From: Armatimonadota bacterium | GTDB taxonomy: Bacteria; Armatimonadota; UBA10988 | Length of the DNA stretch: 64,000 nt | Direction of reading: 5' to 3' | Assembly (NCBI GenBank): GCA_016235455.1 | Contig: JACRKZ010000018.1 | Coordinates: 66,524 to 130,523, forward strand | Part shown: positions 48,701 through 58,635 of the stretch, in pieces | How positions within the stretch are numbered: position 1 is the stretch's first letter | Layout of the letters: every line of letters begins with the position of its first letter | Position numbers and translations under genes: made by a program | The notes under the pieces: generated by a model | What the model was told of the DNA's origin: nothing | Database searches by the model: none | The model's input: only the letters and a program-made list of their open reading frames with translations

Positions 48701-50687
48701 GCCCTTCCCAGGAGTCGAAAGTCACAGGTGTCTCGGCATGTTCGGCCAGCTTGGCCAGAAGGCCCTTGATCAGCGCATGGGCCGCCGGCGTGGCCAGCGT
48801 CGCCAGCACCCGTCGCGGCTCGACGCCCGGTGTCAGCGTCGCCGGGTCGTACAGCCCGAACCCGTTCTCCGGCCCCAGCACCACGGCACTGGCGCCCGCC
48901 AGGTGATCGATGTGAGCCTGCTCATCGGCGGTCAGCGTGTCGCGGCTCTCCCGGTACGCCGTCGCCACAGCGCGGCAGCGGTCGGCCTCACGCTGGGCGG
49001 TGGCCAGTTCGCGTAGCAGTTCGAGCCCCGCCAGCCGTTGCAGCGCATCCTTCGCGCCAGTCAGCCGCTCGGCGCTGGCCAAGGCGGCGGCATCGGCCTG
49101 GTTGAGCAGCAATTGCAGGCAGGCGCGCCGCAGGTCCGTCGCCTTGCGGGTCAGCAGTGCCTCGATCTGCTGAGCCTCCGACGGCTCGATCCTGGCGCCC
49201 TTGAGCTTGTCCAAGGCCTTCGAACGTACATCGGCGGAGGCGTCACCCAACATGTCCAGCAGGAAGGCGCGCACCTTCGGCCGCGATGTCTCGCCCTTCT
49301 TCACGTCATCCACCAGGTGCCGCCGCATGGATGGGTCGAACTGCGTGGCCAGCGGGATGATGCGTTCGATCGGTCGTTTGCCGCGGCACTCGATGAGGGG
49401 ATAGGCCGCATACGTGGAGATGGCCTCCACCTCCCACCAGGGGTAGACCAGCGCCGGCAGCGTCGTCTTCTTGGCCGGCAGGCGCGGCACCAGCGCTTCC
49501 AGCCGCTCGAACAGGTCGGTGGTCTCCAGCCCTTCGGTGTCGTGCATGAGCGCCTGCGCCGCCGAAACGGCAACACGCAGATCCTCGTCGCTCAGCGCGG
49601 GGATGAGCGACCGGTTGGCCACGTTGATGCCCAGCGTCTGCAGCAGCTTGGCGGCGACAAACCGCTTCTCCACGTGGTCGTCGACCAGGTATGTCTTGGC
49701 GCGCTCGATGGCTGCCACGGCATCGCTGAAGGCAAGCGTCCACAGCGCCAGATGGAAGTCGCCAGGGTCGTCGCCGGCCAAGGCGGCCTCGCGAGCGGAA
49801 TCATCTTCCTGGAAGGCCAGCGTGCGCCCGATGGCCTGCTCCACCTCCCGCTGGGCCAGCGCCTCGTAGCCAAAGCCGAACCACACATCGGCCGCGCGGA
49901 TGGTCGCCGAGAAGCGCGCCAGGCCGTGGTCCAAGATCAACCGCAACAGGCGCCGGAAGCACTCGGGATGCGCTTCGTCGATGCGTTCGAGGATCGATTG
50001 CCGCAGGCCTTCCTCGCGTTGCGCGGCGAGCAGCAGTCTTTCTACACACTCCCAGCCCTCGGGACGCGAGCAGGTGATCAGCGCGCGGATGACATGCTCG
50101 CCCATGACACCGATCTCGTGCTCGCCGTTGGCCGATTCGATGAGGATGCGCAGGACCTCCTCGCCTTCGGCACCGCCGGCATCGATGGCGCCCGCCAGGA
50201 CGAGGCCCACTGTCTGGTCGAGCACCTGCCCGCTGGCCAGGTGCGGACCCCAGGCGGCCAGCCAGGGTGCGCCGACGTTGTACTCCTCAGTGGCTGAGGC
50301 CAGCATGAACAGCCAGCGGAACCGCGCATTGGCGTAGAGCGTTGGCGCGGTGGGCGCACGGAAACTGCGCCTGATCCAGCCCGTCTCGTAGACGCCCCGG
50401 CCGATGAGCTGCCAGGCCTGCTCGACGGCGGGCACCATCTGGGGCCACAGCGCGGTGAACAAGGCCCGCCGGTCGCCGTCGGACAACTCGGTCAGCGCCT
50501 TCAGCGCCGCCTCGCGCTTCTTCCCGCTGCCGAACATCGCCAGCAGCGCTCGGTCCTGGCCGCCCAGCGCGTCGGCAATGTCGCGCGCGCCGCCCGGCAG
50601 CTTCTTGGCCAGCGTGGCACGCTCCTTGACCCATGCGGACCGCTTGAACTGCTCCAGTCGTGTCTTGGCTTCTTCGGGCGTCAACAT
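45702..50687 (-). CDS. Giant HEAT-repeat / DUF4132-type protein (copy A, 1661 aa)
   Basis: QREEGLRQSILE, HEAT-like repeats, [80 protein letters not shown]. Confidence 0.85.
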   Translation of the reverse strand: MLTPEEAKTRLEQFKRSAWVKERATLAKKLPGGARDIADALGGQDRALLAMFGSGKKREAALKALTELSDGDRRALFTALWPQMVPAVEQAWQLIGRGVYETGWIRRSFRAPTAPTLYANARFRWLFMLASATEEYNVGAPWLAAWGPHLASGQVLDQTVGLVLAGAIDAGGAEGEEVLRILIESANGEHEIGVMGEHVIRALITCSRPEGWECVERLLLAAQREEGLRQSILERIDEAHPECFRRLLRLILDHGLARFSATIRAADVWFGFGYEALAQREVEQAIGRTLAFQEDDSAREAALAGDDPGDFHLALWTLAFSDAVAAIERAKTYLVDDHVEKRFVAAKLLQTLGINVANRSLIPALSDEDLRVAVSAAQALMHDTEGLETTDLFERLEALVPRLPAKKTTLPALVYPWWEVEAISTYAAYPLIECRGKRPIERIIPLATQFDPSMRRHLVDDVKKGETSRPKVRAFLLDMLGDASADVRSKALDKLKGARIEPSEAQQIEALLTRKATDLRRACLQLLLNQADAAALASAERLTGAKDALQRLAGLELLRELATAQREADRCRAVATAYRESRDTLTADEQAHIDHLAGASAVVLGPENGFGLYDPATLTPGVEPRRVLATLATPAAHALIKGLLAKLAEHAETPVTFDSWEGPRTEPLASAYPSHGDPVALPAAERTADKLPLMDVWLDWYARRPAAMRDADGLELARAWWIAGLGAELAYVDGPSWKPLKSWLAGLIGERPPRDNDWIRWLVPVLNWLMALAPPPAAATSQWLLDAAETAMHTVPDDARRPHREFWGWGQPAIRMLKRPLVGPCGAHRRLDQAAWSPEQRLRLFQLQVWLGQPIAAGGHGAAARLTGKVSRLLAKVARVASDDDDDDPTAEVPRDRPEFADALAAFDAGAIGEADILDYLVGPAQGHAQWLHACTQRNLTLDLAGSPGLRPLVERACARLLDIELARGDRPTPATAYVKSISTVRGAATLLRILTSLGKDGFRRAAWGDESKGGVLSGVLRGCFPAETDTVDATADALRTARLPDQLLCDAALLAPQWAAHVGAALGWEGFESGVWWLYAHTKDNRWEMAEDIRSAWAAKVTEHTPLTSQDLLDGAVDVAWFGKVHATLGEQRFRHLYDAAKFGSSGTGHARAKLYADAMLGRAAADDLRARVTDKRNQDSLRALGLVPLPEGDAREPEVLARYEIIAEFQRTARQFGAQRQESEKRACAVALDNLARTAGYPDPLRLQWAMEARAVADLKAGPVTVTVGETSVALSISADGRPELTATKAGKALKSIPGPVGKDPAVAELKARKTSLDRAASRMKGALEQSMCRGDVFRGRELGDLLEHPLLAPSLTGLLWLGEGIAGYPAEGGRALRDHAGALHPLGHDEPVRLAHPVDLLAGGEWHQWQHECFAAQRVQPFKQIFRELYPLTQTEREESGGTRRYAGHQVQPRQALALLGGRGWVHDPEGGVRRTWHEAGLSAWIEFAEPFWTPAEVEGLTLESVHFAKRGEWQPVPLAEVPPIIFSEAMRDLDLVVSVAHRGGVDPEATASTVELRAMLLRELCALMGIENVRAEDRHVYIDGHFGKYSVHLGSAVTHKMPGGMLFIVPVHSQHRGRLFLPFADDDPKTAEVLSKVLMLARDEQIKDPSILSAIRG

Positions 50688-50689
50688 GG

Positions 50690-51118
50690 CTACGCTCCCG
50701 CGAGCATGACGAGGCGCACGAACAGAATGGTGCTGTCCGCGCGTACAAACACTTGATCATCGAGCCGGTGCTGCTGCGCACCGTCGATGAAGACCAGGTA
50801 GATCCCATCCTCGAAGCACTGCCAGGCCGTGCCAACCGCCTGTTCCTCGGTGACGCACTGCTCCAGGTCGCGGCCGCCGGAGTCCACCTTGCCACGTTCC
50901 GCGCCCTCGGCGATCTGCTGGGCGGTCAGCGCGCGATGCAGCCGACGCGCCTCGGCGCGAGTCTGGAAGGCGATGACCTCCCAGCGCACGATGACGGCGA
51001 TGAGGTCGCGTAGGCGCACGGCGCCGTCGCCGCGCCAGAACTCGGGCGGCAGCGGCACATCGAAGTCGGGGACCAGCGCCCGCCGGGCGCCCGGCAGCTT
51101 AGCCGATACGGTGGCCAT
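50690..51118 (-). CDS. Small DUF4132-associated protein, candidate ubiquitin-like (beta-grasp) fold
   Basis: 142 aa, ends [36 protein letters not shown]; 2 nt from the DUF4132 start. The fold is an inference. Confidence 0.75.
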   Translation of the reverse strand: MATVSAKLPGARRALVPDFDVPLPPEFWRGDGAVRLRDLIAVIVRWEVIAFQTRAEARRLHRALTAQQIAEGAERGKVDSGGRDLEQCVTEEQAVGTAWQCFEDGIYLVFIDGAQQHRLDDQVFVRADSTILFVRLVMLAGA

Positions 51119-51303
51119 GGCGTCACCTGTCGCCAACCATTGTAGCCCGCACCGCGCAACGTTCGCCACTGTATCGCGCCGTGCCCAGAGGGCCCGGCGA
51201 GCCGGCGCAAAACACAGTGGCACGCCGGCCTTGGACGAGGCAGACTGGCCTCAAAGTGGAACCGGGCACCGGACCAAGGAGCCCGGTCAGAGGGAGCCAT
51301 ACA

Positions 51304-51969
51304 ATGCGCAGACGCGCGGGTTTCACGCTCATCGAACTGCTGGTCGTGATCGCCATCATCGCGATCCTGGCCGCCATCCTGTTCCCTGTCTTCGCCAAGG
51401 CCCGTGAGAAGGGCCGCTCGGCCAGTTGCCTGTCCAATCTGCGGCAGATCTCCACCGGCGTGACCATGTACACGCAGGACTACGATGAGAACTACTGGGC
51501 CTACTACTACTTCGGCAACCAGCTGTGGTCGGTCTACATCGAGCCCTACCTGAAGAACCGCCAGGTGTTCATCTGCCCGTCGACCATCAACCAGCCCACC
51601 GTGGGCGCCATCGGCTCGGCCAAGCAGCAGTACAACTTCGGCGGCATGTTGGGCAGCTACGTGTGGAACGGCAATTTCTACGGCGCCAACAACCTCAACG
51701 GCATCCCTGATGCCTCGCTGGCCAACAAGCAGGAGCCGTCGCGCACCTTCTTGTTCGGTGACGGCATCTGGGTCGACAGTTGGCCCGACCCGGTGGCCGA
51801 GGCGTTCCCACCCGCGGGCTGGACGGTCAACGGAGTCAACACGCCGATGGGCCGCATCTGCGTCGACCGCCACTTGGGAGGGGTGAACGTCGCCTTCTGC
51901 GACGGGCACGTCAAGTGGAGCACGTACCAGGGGCTGTGGAACTTCTGGTACCACAGCACGGGCCCCTAA
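51304..51969 (+). CDS. Prepilin-type N-terminal cleavage/methylation protein, DUF1559 and H-X9-DG motif
   Basis: [36 protein letters not shown]; [17 protein letters not shown]; GGGAG SD. Confidence 0.9.
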   Translation: MRRRAGFTLIELLVVIAIIAILAAILFPVFAKAREKGRSASCLSNLRQISTGVTMYTQDYDENYWAYYYFGNQLWSVYIEPYLKNRQVFICPSTINQPTVGAIGSAKQQYNFGGMLGSYVWNGNFYGANNLNGIPDASLANKQEPSRTFLFGDGIWVDSWPDPVAEAFPPAGWTVNGVNTPMGRICVDRHLGGVNVAFCDGHVKWSTYQGLWNFWYHSTGP

Positions 51970-54900
51970 AGCTCGAGCGACGTCGGGCCGCGTAGCATGG
52001 CCAGGAGCGCTGGGTCACAAATGTCCTGGTCCCTGGCCAGCAGGATCACCTTGGACAGCACCTCGGCGGTCCGCGGATCATCGTCGGCAAACGGCAGCCA
52101 GGGCGTGCCCCGACGCCCCTGCGCGGCCGGCACGATGGGCAACATGCCGCCGTCGCGGCGATGGGCGTGGGCACTGCCCAGGTGCACCGTGTAGGACCCA
52201 AGCTGCCCATCGACAAGCACAAGGGCGCCCTCGACGCGCACATTGGCCAAGCCCATGAGCGCGCTGGTCTCGCGCACCAGCGCGGCGCGCATGGCCATGG
52301 TGGACAGCGTCGCGTCGGGATTGGCCGGACCGCGGTGCGCCACGCTGACCACGAGATCCAGGTCGCGCATGGCTTCGCTGAAGACGCGCGGCGGGGCGTC
52401 GGCCAGCGGCACCTGGCGCCAGTCGCCGCGCCGAGCAAAGTGCACGCCGGCCAGAGTTAGGCCGTCGAGTTCCGCCGGCGAGAAGAACGGCTGCTCAAAC
52501 GTCACCACGGCCGACAGCAGCACGTCGTGCCAGGTGCGGCGGTATCCACCGTCGGGATCGCGCGCCCAGCCCCGTCCCACCAGCAGCGCTACGGCCTGCC
52601 TGGGCTGCAACTCGTGGCCCGCGTAACGGCGCGAAACCTCACCGTCCTCGCGCTCGCCCGCGGTGAGCGTGTAGAGCTCGCGGAAGACCTGCCGGAACGG
52701 CTGCACGCGCTGCGCCGCGAAGCACTCGCGCTGCCACAGGTGCCAGTCACCCGCAGCCAGCAGATCGGCCGGATGCGCGATCCGCACGACCTCCTCGTGT
52801 CCCAACGCCTGCAGGCCACCACCGTGGTCGCGGAGCACGCGGGCACCCTCGGCGAGGTAGCCCATCGCGTCGTCGCCGCGCCACACCAGCCGGCTGAGCG
52901 CCGGCGCCAGCATGGGATTCCCCAGTAACTCGCCCAGTTCGCCGCCGGTGAAGCCATCGCCGCGGCACATGGCTGCCTCGAGCGAGGTGCGCATCCGCTC
53001 CGCGGTGGCCAGCAACTCGGCCCGCCGCGCGCGCAGCGCCACCACCGCGGGCTCCTTGCCCAGCCGGGCCGGGATGCTGGCCAACGCCTTGCCGGCCTTG
53101 GCCGCGCCAAGCTCGGGCTGAGCGTCGTCGGTGAGGCTCAGCGTCACGGTGACGTCGCCCACAGACACGACCACGGGTCCCGCCTGGAGGTCGGCCACGG
53201 CGTGGTCTTCCATGGCCCAACGCAGTCGCACGGCATCGCTGTAGCCGGCGGTCCGCGCCAGATTGCCCAGCGCCACGGCAGCGGCCAGTCGCTCGCTGTC
53301 GCGGCGCTGGGGGCCGAACTGCCGCGCCGTACGCTCAAACGCGATGATCGTCTGGTAGCGCGCGAGCAGCTCCGCCGAGCGGTCCTGGCCGTCAGGCAGC
53401 GGCGCCAGGCCGAACGCGCGTAGCGCGTCCTGGCTGCGCCTGTCAGCCACGCGCGCCGAGAGCTCGGCCAGGCCGACGCGGCCCAGGATGGCGTCGGCGA
53501 ACAACCGCGCTCTGGGGCAGGGCTTGGCAGCCTTGTAGAGGAGATCGAAGCGCTTGGCGCCCAGCGTCTGGTGCATCTCGGCGAACCAGGCAACGTCCAC
53601 TGCGCCATCCTGGCGCTCGTCGGCCGAGAGCTCGGTGTGGCGAGACGGCGTGTCGGCCCAGGCCTCGACGGCCTCGGGCACGCGGCAGGGGCCCCACTGG
53701 CCCGCGTGCCCCAGGAGCCAGGCCACGCCGGACACGAAGCCCGGCCAGTCGAGCGCCGCGGCGATGTGCTCGGACCACTGCGGCGCCACGAGCGCCGCCT
53801 GGCACAGGACGCCTTCGGCCAGGCCGGCGGCGCGGATGCGCTCGGCGCACGCGGCCGGCGTCTCGGCGGCCGCAGGGCGTGTCTTGCGCAACAGGCTGGT
53901 CAGCGCCCCGCCGCGCGTGGCGCCGTAGTCAGTCAGGCCCCGCGGGCCCTCCTTGCCCAGCCCGGCCAGGAGACGCAGGGCGTTGCCCACGCCGACGATG
54001 ACGTCCATGGCATGCAACCGGGCCGAAACCGGGGTCGGCCTGTCACCGCGGGCCAGTTCAACGGTCAGCAGGCGCTCGGCAAGACGCTGCTCGGCTGCCT
54101 GGTACACCGCCTCCTTCGCCAGATAGGGCGACTCGAAGTCCGCGCCGAGAGCGGTCCAGGTCGATGCGCCACGCGGGTCATAGTGCAGCAGCCGCGCCAC
54201 GAGATCCGCATCGCCCACGGCACCGGTGGCCATGGCGCCGAGGAGCAGGTTCAGCGGCGCGTTGTAGCGCCAGGCGTCGTCCCTCGCAGGCTCAGTGGCG
54301 GTAAGCGCGGCGTGGCCGCCGCGGCCGCGCAGCAGCCGACTCAACAGGCCGGTGGGCTCGACTGGAGTCGACGTCGGCTCCAACGCCCACAGACTAAGCC
54401 GGTAGGCCCGGCCCAGGCGCTCGGCGTCCCATCCACCGGGGCACAACTCGTAGTGCAGTGCACACACCTGCATCGGCAGGCCGCGAGCGGACCGTGGCAG
54501 GACGGCCAGCGCTGCTTCGCTGGCCGCCAGCAGCAACTCGGCAGCGGACTCGGGCGGCGGCGGCACAAGGGCCAACAGCCAGCCGAGGATCTGGTGGCAC
54601 CACCACGACAGCAACTCAGGGAGGTCCGGCACATCGCGGCGGTGTGCGGGCACGCGCCACAGCCAGACGGCACGAGCCAGTTCCAGACCGTCGGTATCAC
54701 GCATGGCCGCGGGGCGTCGGTCGTACCAGTCGAGCCACATCGACATCAACGGGAAGCACTCGGGCGAACGCCGGTCGCGCGGCACCGTGACCAACGCTTG
54801 TCCGTAGGGGAAGGCCTCACTCAGGGGCATAGTCTGCTTCTGCCCGGATGCCTCGAAGGTGACGAGGGTGCCGGCGTGCTCGACCAGCAGCGACCGCAGG

Positions 54901-56852
54901 CTTGCGAGGAGCGCCGATGCCGCCGGACTGGCGATGTTGAGCTCCCGGCGCCGCGGCGCGAGCGGCTTGACCAGGTCGCCGGCTGTGTACAGACCATAGT
55001 TGTTGTCAGCCCCGTAGTCCGGCTCCGGAGTCGCGCCGAACCAGGCCAGGTGGGCCTGCTCGTCGGTGCTCGATTCGGCCTGAGCGGTCCCGTAGGCCCT
55101 GGCGGCTGCGCGGCAGGCCTCTTCCTCGCGGCCCGACGCAGCCAGTTCGCGCAGCAGTTCCAGACCGGCCAGCCGTTGCAGTGGCTCGTCGCCGGCCAGC
55201 AGACGTCGCGCGCTGGCCAGCGCCAGACCGTCATCCTGCCCAAGCAGCACCCGCAGCGCCGCGCTCCGCAGGTGGGCGTCGCGCTGAGCCAGCAGCGCCT
55301 CAACCGCCGGGGCTTCACTCGGCGCCAGCAGGGCCCCCAGAGCATTCACCGCCCCGATGCGCACCGACGACGACCGGTCGCGCAGCCGCTCGAACAGCCA
55401 GGCGCGCACCGCGGGGCGCTGCGCCTCGTCGCTGGTGAGCGCGCCGATCAACCGGCGTCGCGCCCCGGTGTCCATGCACTCGTAGCTGGCGATGAGCCGC
55501 TCGATGGGCCGGTCGCCGCGAGCGGCGAACAGCGCTGGCGTGAGGTCGCCGGCGCTCACGTCGATGGTCCACCAAGGGTAGAGCAGCGCCGGCAGCGTGG
55601 TCTTGCTGCGCGGCACGCGCGGCAGCAGCGCCGCCACGCGCTCAAACAGCTCCGGTCCGGCCAGGTCGACGCGGCGTTGTCCGTTGAGCCGGCTGAAGAA
55701 CTCACGAATCGTGCCGTCGGCGTGGTGCGTCACGAAGTGCGCCGCGGCCATGGCCACATGCACGTCGCCATCGGCCAGCGCCGGCACCAGCAGCCGCACG
55801 CACTCAGGCAGGCTGGCCAGGCGCAGGGTCATCACCGCCGCCAGCCGTTGCTCTGGCCGCGGCGCCGAGAGGAGGGCCACCGCCCGCCGGATGCCCTCGG
55901 GCGCGTCCAGATAGGCCTCCACCCACAGGGCCAGGTCCAGCTCGACCGCGTCCTCGCCGACCAGCGCCGCCTCGCGCGCACCGGCATCAGTCAAGTAGCG
56001 CCACAGGCGCTCCAGTGCGCTCTCGGCCTCGCGCTGGGTGAAGGCATCGTGCCCGTAGTGCAACCAGCGGTCCACGCGCTGCCGCACCGGCTTGAACCGA
56101 CACAGGCCGTGATCGATGACCGTACGCAGCACATGTGCGAAAGCCAACGGGTGGCCTTCGTCGACCCGGTCCAGGATGTCGCCGCGGTGCACCTCGTCGC
56201 GCTGGCAGGCCAGCAGCGCATGGGCCACGATCTGCCAGGCTTCGGGCCGCGCGCAGACAGACAGCGCCCGCACCACATGCAGGCCCATGCCGCCGATGGG
56301 ATGAGCGCCGGCAGCACACTCCGCGAGGGTGCGCAGCACCTGCTCGCCGTCCTCGCCGCCGACATCGATGCAAGCCGCCAACAGTGTGCCCAGCGCGTAC
56401 TCGTCGCCCAACCATACCGCCCAGGTGGCCAGCCAGGGAGCGTCGGCGTCGAACGGGCCCAGCCGCAGGGCCACTGCGGCCAACCAGTTCCACCGGGCCT
56501 CTTCGAACAGCTCGGGTCGGCCCGGCGCGCGGAACGAGCCGCGGTAGCCGCTCACCTCGTACACGCCTTGGCCGATCATCTGGTAAGCTTGCTCGACGGC
56601 CGGGTGCAGGTCCGGGAAGAGCGTCGCGAATAGCCGGCGCCGCAGCTCCCCGTCCAGCGCCGCCAGCGCCGCCACGTTGGCCGGCCCAACCGCGACCCGC
56701 TGCGCCACCGACAGGCCGGCTGCCGCGTAGAGCCGCCGGCAGACGTCGTGCGCCGGCCCAGGCAACCGCCGGGCTGCCGCGGCGACGGCCTGCGGTCGGC
56801 GAGGATCCGCCGCCGCGCGGAGTCTCTTGATCGCCTCTTGGTCAGAGAGCAT
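51966..56852 (-). CDS. Giant HEAT-repeat / DUF4132-type protein (copy B, diverged paralogue, ~1628 aa)
   Basis: Collinear with copy A from [11 protein letters not shown] (A: MLTPEEAKTRL) through [33 protein letters not shown] and [16 protein letters not shown]. Confidence 0.85.
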   Translation of the reverse strand: MLSDQEAIKRLRAAADPRRPQAVAAAARRLPGPAHDVCRRLYAAAGLSVAQRVAVGPANVAALAALDGELRRRLFATLFPDLHPAVEQAYQMIGQGVYEVSGYRGSFRAPGRPELFEEARWNWLAAVALRLGPFDADAPWLATWAVWLGDEYALGTLLAACIDVGGEDGEQVLRTLAECAAGAHPIGGMGLHVVRALSVCARPEAWQIVAHALLACQRDEVHRGDILDRVDEGHPLAFAHVLRTVIDHGLCRFKPVRQRVDRWLHYGHDAFTQREAESALERLWRYLTDAGAREAALVGEDAVELDLALWVEAYLDAPEGIRRAVALLSAPRPEQRLAAVMTLRLASLPECVRLLVPALADGDVHVAMAAAHFVTHHADGTIREFFSRLNGQRRVDLAGPELFERVAALLPRVPRSKTTLPALLYPWWTIDVSAGDLTPALFAARGDRPIERLIASYECMDTGARRRLIGALTSDEAQRPAVRAWLFERLRDRSSSVRIGAVNALGALLAPSEAPAVEALLAQRDAHLRSAALRVLLGQDDGLALASARRLLAGDEPLQRLAGLELLRELAASGREEEACRAAARAYGTAQAESSTDEQAHLAWFGATPEPDYGADNNYGLYTAGDLVKPLAPRRRELNIASPAASALLASLRSLLVEHAGTLVTFEASGQKQTMPLSEAFPYGQALVTVPRDRRSPECFPLMSMWLDWYDRRPAAMRDTDGLELARAVWLWRVPAHRRDVPDLPELLSWWCHQILGWLLALVPPPPESAAELLLAASEAALAVLPRSARGLPMQVCALHYELCPGGWDAERLGRAYRLSLWALEPTSTPVEPTGLLSRLLRGRGGHAALTATEPARDDAWRYNAPLNLLLGAMATGAVGDADLVARLLHYDPRGASTWTALGADFESPYLAKEAVYQAAEQRLAERLLTVELARGDRPTPVSARLHAMDVIVGVGNALRLLAGLGKEGPRGLTDYGATRGGALTSLLRKTRPAAAETPAACAERIRAAGLAEGVLCQAALVAPQWSEHIAAALDWPGFVSGVAWLLGHAGQWGPCRVPEAVEAWADTPSRHTELSADERQDGAVDVAWFAEMHQTLGAKRFDLLYKAAKPCPRARLFADAILGRVGLAELSARVADRRSQDALRAFGLAPLPDGQDRSAELLARYQTIIAFERTARQFGPQRRDSERLAAAVALGNLARTAGYSDAVRLRWAMEDHAVADLQAGPVVVSVGDVTVTLSLTDDAQPELGAAKAGKALASIPARLGKEPAVVALRARRAELLATAERMRTSLEAAMCRGDGFTGGELGELLGNPMLAPALSRLVWRGDDAMGYLAEGARVLRDHGGGLQALGHEEVVRIAHPADLLAAGDWHLWQRECFAAQRVQPFRQVFRELYTLTAGEREDGEVSRRYAGHELQPRQAVALLVGRGWARDPDGGYRRTWHDVLLSAVVTFEQPFFSPAELDGLTLAGVHFARRGDWRQVPLADAPPRVFSEAMRDLDLVVSVAHRGPANPDATLSTMAMRAALVRETSALMGLANVRVEGALVLVDGQLGSYTVHLGSAHAHRRDGGMLPIVPAAQGRRGTPWLPFADDDPRTAEVLSKVILLARDQDICDPALLAMLRGPTSLEL

Positions 56853-56998
56853 GTCGGTTCCCCCGTAGCCAACGTCGTTGCGCCACGGCATTCGGCGCCG
56901 CCCCGCCGTTCCCTGCTGTTACATAGCGCGCCGATCGAAGGACTTCCACCTGTCACGTCCAACCCTCCCGGCGACACTAAGCCGAGAGTGAGCTGAGC

Positions 56999-57991
56999 AT
57001 GACCGGTCTGGACCGTATCACCTGCGCTGTCAACCATCGCCAGGGCGACCGTTGCCCCATCTACCTGTGGGTCTTCGGGCAACCGGGCGTGTCCGAGGAG
57101 ATCAACGAGCGGTTCGGCTCGTTCGAGGCCTTCGCCGACCATCTCGACCTGGACATGATCCAGGCCTTCCCCGCCGGCGGGCCGTGCAACGGCAGCTACT
57201 TCCCACAGGACAAGGTGCAGAGCGACCCGACCTTCGGCAACGTGCTCGACATCGAGGATGCGCTGGAAGTGCGCTTTGGCGAGGTGCATGCCGAGAGCAT
57301 CTACGCGCCGCTGAAGCGCGCGGTGGAGGTGGACAAGGGCCGCAAGGGCCGGGCTGTGTGGGTGCAGACACCGGGCGTGTTCGAGGCCGCCAACGGCTGG
57401 CTGGGCCTGCAGAACCAGCTCATGGCGCTGGCGCTGACCCCGGAACTCGTGGGCCGGTTCTACCAGCGCATCGCCGACTGGTCGTGCGCCTATGTCGACC
57501 ACTGCGCCGAGTTGGGTGTCGACTGCATCCACATCTCCGACGACTGGGGCATGCAGAACGGGCTGCTGTTCCGGCCCGAGATCTGGCACCAGCACATCAG
57601 GCCCGCCACCAAGCGTATCGTCGACGCCGCCAAGGCGCACGGGCTGTGGGTGAGCCTTCATTCGGACGGTGATATCTCGTCGCTGCTACCGAACATCATC
57701 GAGCTGGGCTTCGACGTCTGCCACCCGCTCCAGGAGTCGGCCGGAGTCGACATCGCGCGGGTCAAGGCCGACTACGGTGACCGCCTGACCATGTACGGCG
57801 GCCTGGATGTGCAGGCCACGCTCGGTCGGCTGGACCGCGGCGGCGTGGCGGACGAGGTGCGGCGCGTCATGCGGCTGGTCAAGCAGGGCGGCGGCGCCAT
57901 CTTCTGCACCAGCCACATGGTCCAGCCTGGCACGCCCATCGACGATGTGCTGGCCGCCTACGACGTTGTGCACGAGGAGGCCACATACTGA
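56999..57991 (+). CDS. Uroporphyrinogen decarboxylase-family (URO-D/MtaA-like) protein
   Basis: DRCP, ISDDWGMQ, SLHSDG, HPLQ, GGLDVQ, TSHMVQPGTP. Confidence 0.88.
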   Translation: MTGLDRITCAVNHRQGDRCPIYLWVFGQPGVSEEINERFGSFEAFADHLDLDMIQAFPAGGPCNGSYFPQDKVQSDPTFGNVLDIEDALEVRFGEVHAESIYAPLKRAVEVDKGRKGRAVWVQTPGVFEAANGWLGLQNQLMALALTPELVGRFYQRIADWSCAYVDHCAELGVDCIHISDDWGMQNGLLFRPEIWHQHIRPATKRIVDAAKAHGLWVSLHSDGDISSLLPNIIELGFDVCHPLQESAGVDIARVKADYGDRLTMYGGLDVQATLGRLDRGGVADEVRRVMRLVKQGGGAIFCTSHMVQPGTPIDDVLAAYDVVHEEATY

Positions 57992-58134
57992 TGGGACAAC
58001 CCGCCTGGCTCTCGCCCCGACGCCTGCTGCCCGACCTGTTGGCGGCCGGTTGGCTGCTGGTGGTGGCCACGGCCTATCTCGGCCGGCACCTGCTGGACGC
58101 ATGGGCCCTGGCCATGGCGCGGCTGGCTGGTTGA
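57991..58134 (+). CDS. Small hydrophobic ORF, 47 aa (possible detached N-terminus of the downstream glycosyltransferase)
   Basis: MGQPAWLSPRRLLPDLLAAGWLLVVATAYLGRHLLDAWALAMARLAG*; TGATG coupling and GAGGAGG SD at 57974-57980; not in the ORF track. Confidence 0.6.
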   Translation: MGQPAWLSPRRLLPDLLAAGWLLVVATAYLGRHLLDAWALAMARLAG

Positions 58135-58155
58135 TGCTGTCGTGAAAGGGCAAGC

Positions 58156-58635
58156 ATGTCGCGCATAACCCCGTTCCTGTGGTTTGATGGCCAGGTCGAA
58201 GAGGCCGTCGAATACTACCTCTCCATCTTCCCGCGCGCCTCGTTGACCAGCATTAAGCGCAACGGGCCGGGCGGCCCGCATCCCGATGGCGCGGTGGTGG
58301 TGGCGCAGTTCCGGCTGTGCGACCAGCCGTTTGTCGCGCTCAACGGCGGGTCGCATTTCAGCTTCTCTCCGGCGCTGTCGCTGTTTGTCGAATGCGACTC
58401 CCAGGAGGAGTCAGACCGGCTGTTCGACGCACTGGCGGCGGAGGGCAAGACCTTGTCTTGCGGCTGGGTCACCGACAAACTCGGCGTGACCTGGCAGATC
58501 GTGCCACCGGGCATGCTCGAGCTAACGATGGGCGACGACGCGGAGCGCTCTGGCCGTGCCATGGCCGCGATGATGAACCAGATACGGCTCAACGTGGCCG
58601 AGGTGCGCGCGGCCTACGACGGAGACTCTGCTTGA
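58156..58635 (+). CDS. VOC family protein (PhnB / 3-demethylubiquinone-9 3-methyltransferase-like)
   Basis: ITPFLWFD, ALNGG, FSPALSLFVEC, CGWVTDKLGVTWQIVP. Confidence 0.92.
   Translation: MSRITPFLWFDGQVEEAVEYYLSIFPRASLTSIKRNGPGGPHPDGAVVVAQFRLCDQPFVALNGGSHFSFSPALSLFVECDSQEESDRLFDALAAEGKTLSCGWVTDKLGVTWQIVPPGMLELTMGDDAERSGRAMAAMMNQIRLNVAEVRAAYDGDSA

Noticed and set aside
51166-51222. Possible c-di-GMP-I or cobalamin riboswitch (GCCACTG, GGCGCAAAAC) before the second prepilin gene
   Set aside because: Only a GCCACTGT/ACAGTGGC stem with inner hairpins; the GGCAAAC/GNRA and GGGAAG elements are missing. An Rfam scan would settle it.
53571-56633. 1020-aa plus-strand ORF (likewise 1420..3426, 9324..11597, 23701..25350, 37924..39549)
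   Set aside because: Antisense shadows of well-supported genes; long stop-free frames are expected at this GC content and they show no recognisable motifs.
56999-57991. Calling the URO-D family gene hemE
   Set aside because: It lacks the HemE RQAGR motif; DDWG and HSDG indicate the MtaA/CmuA-like branch.
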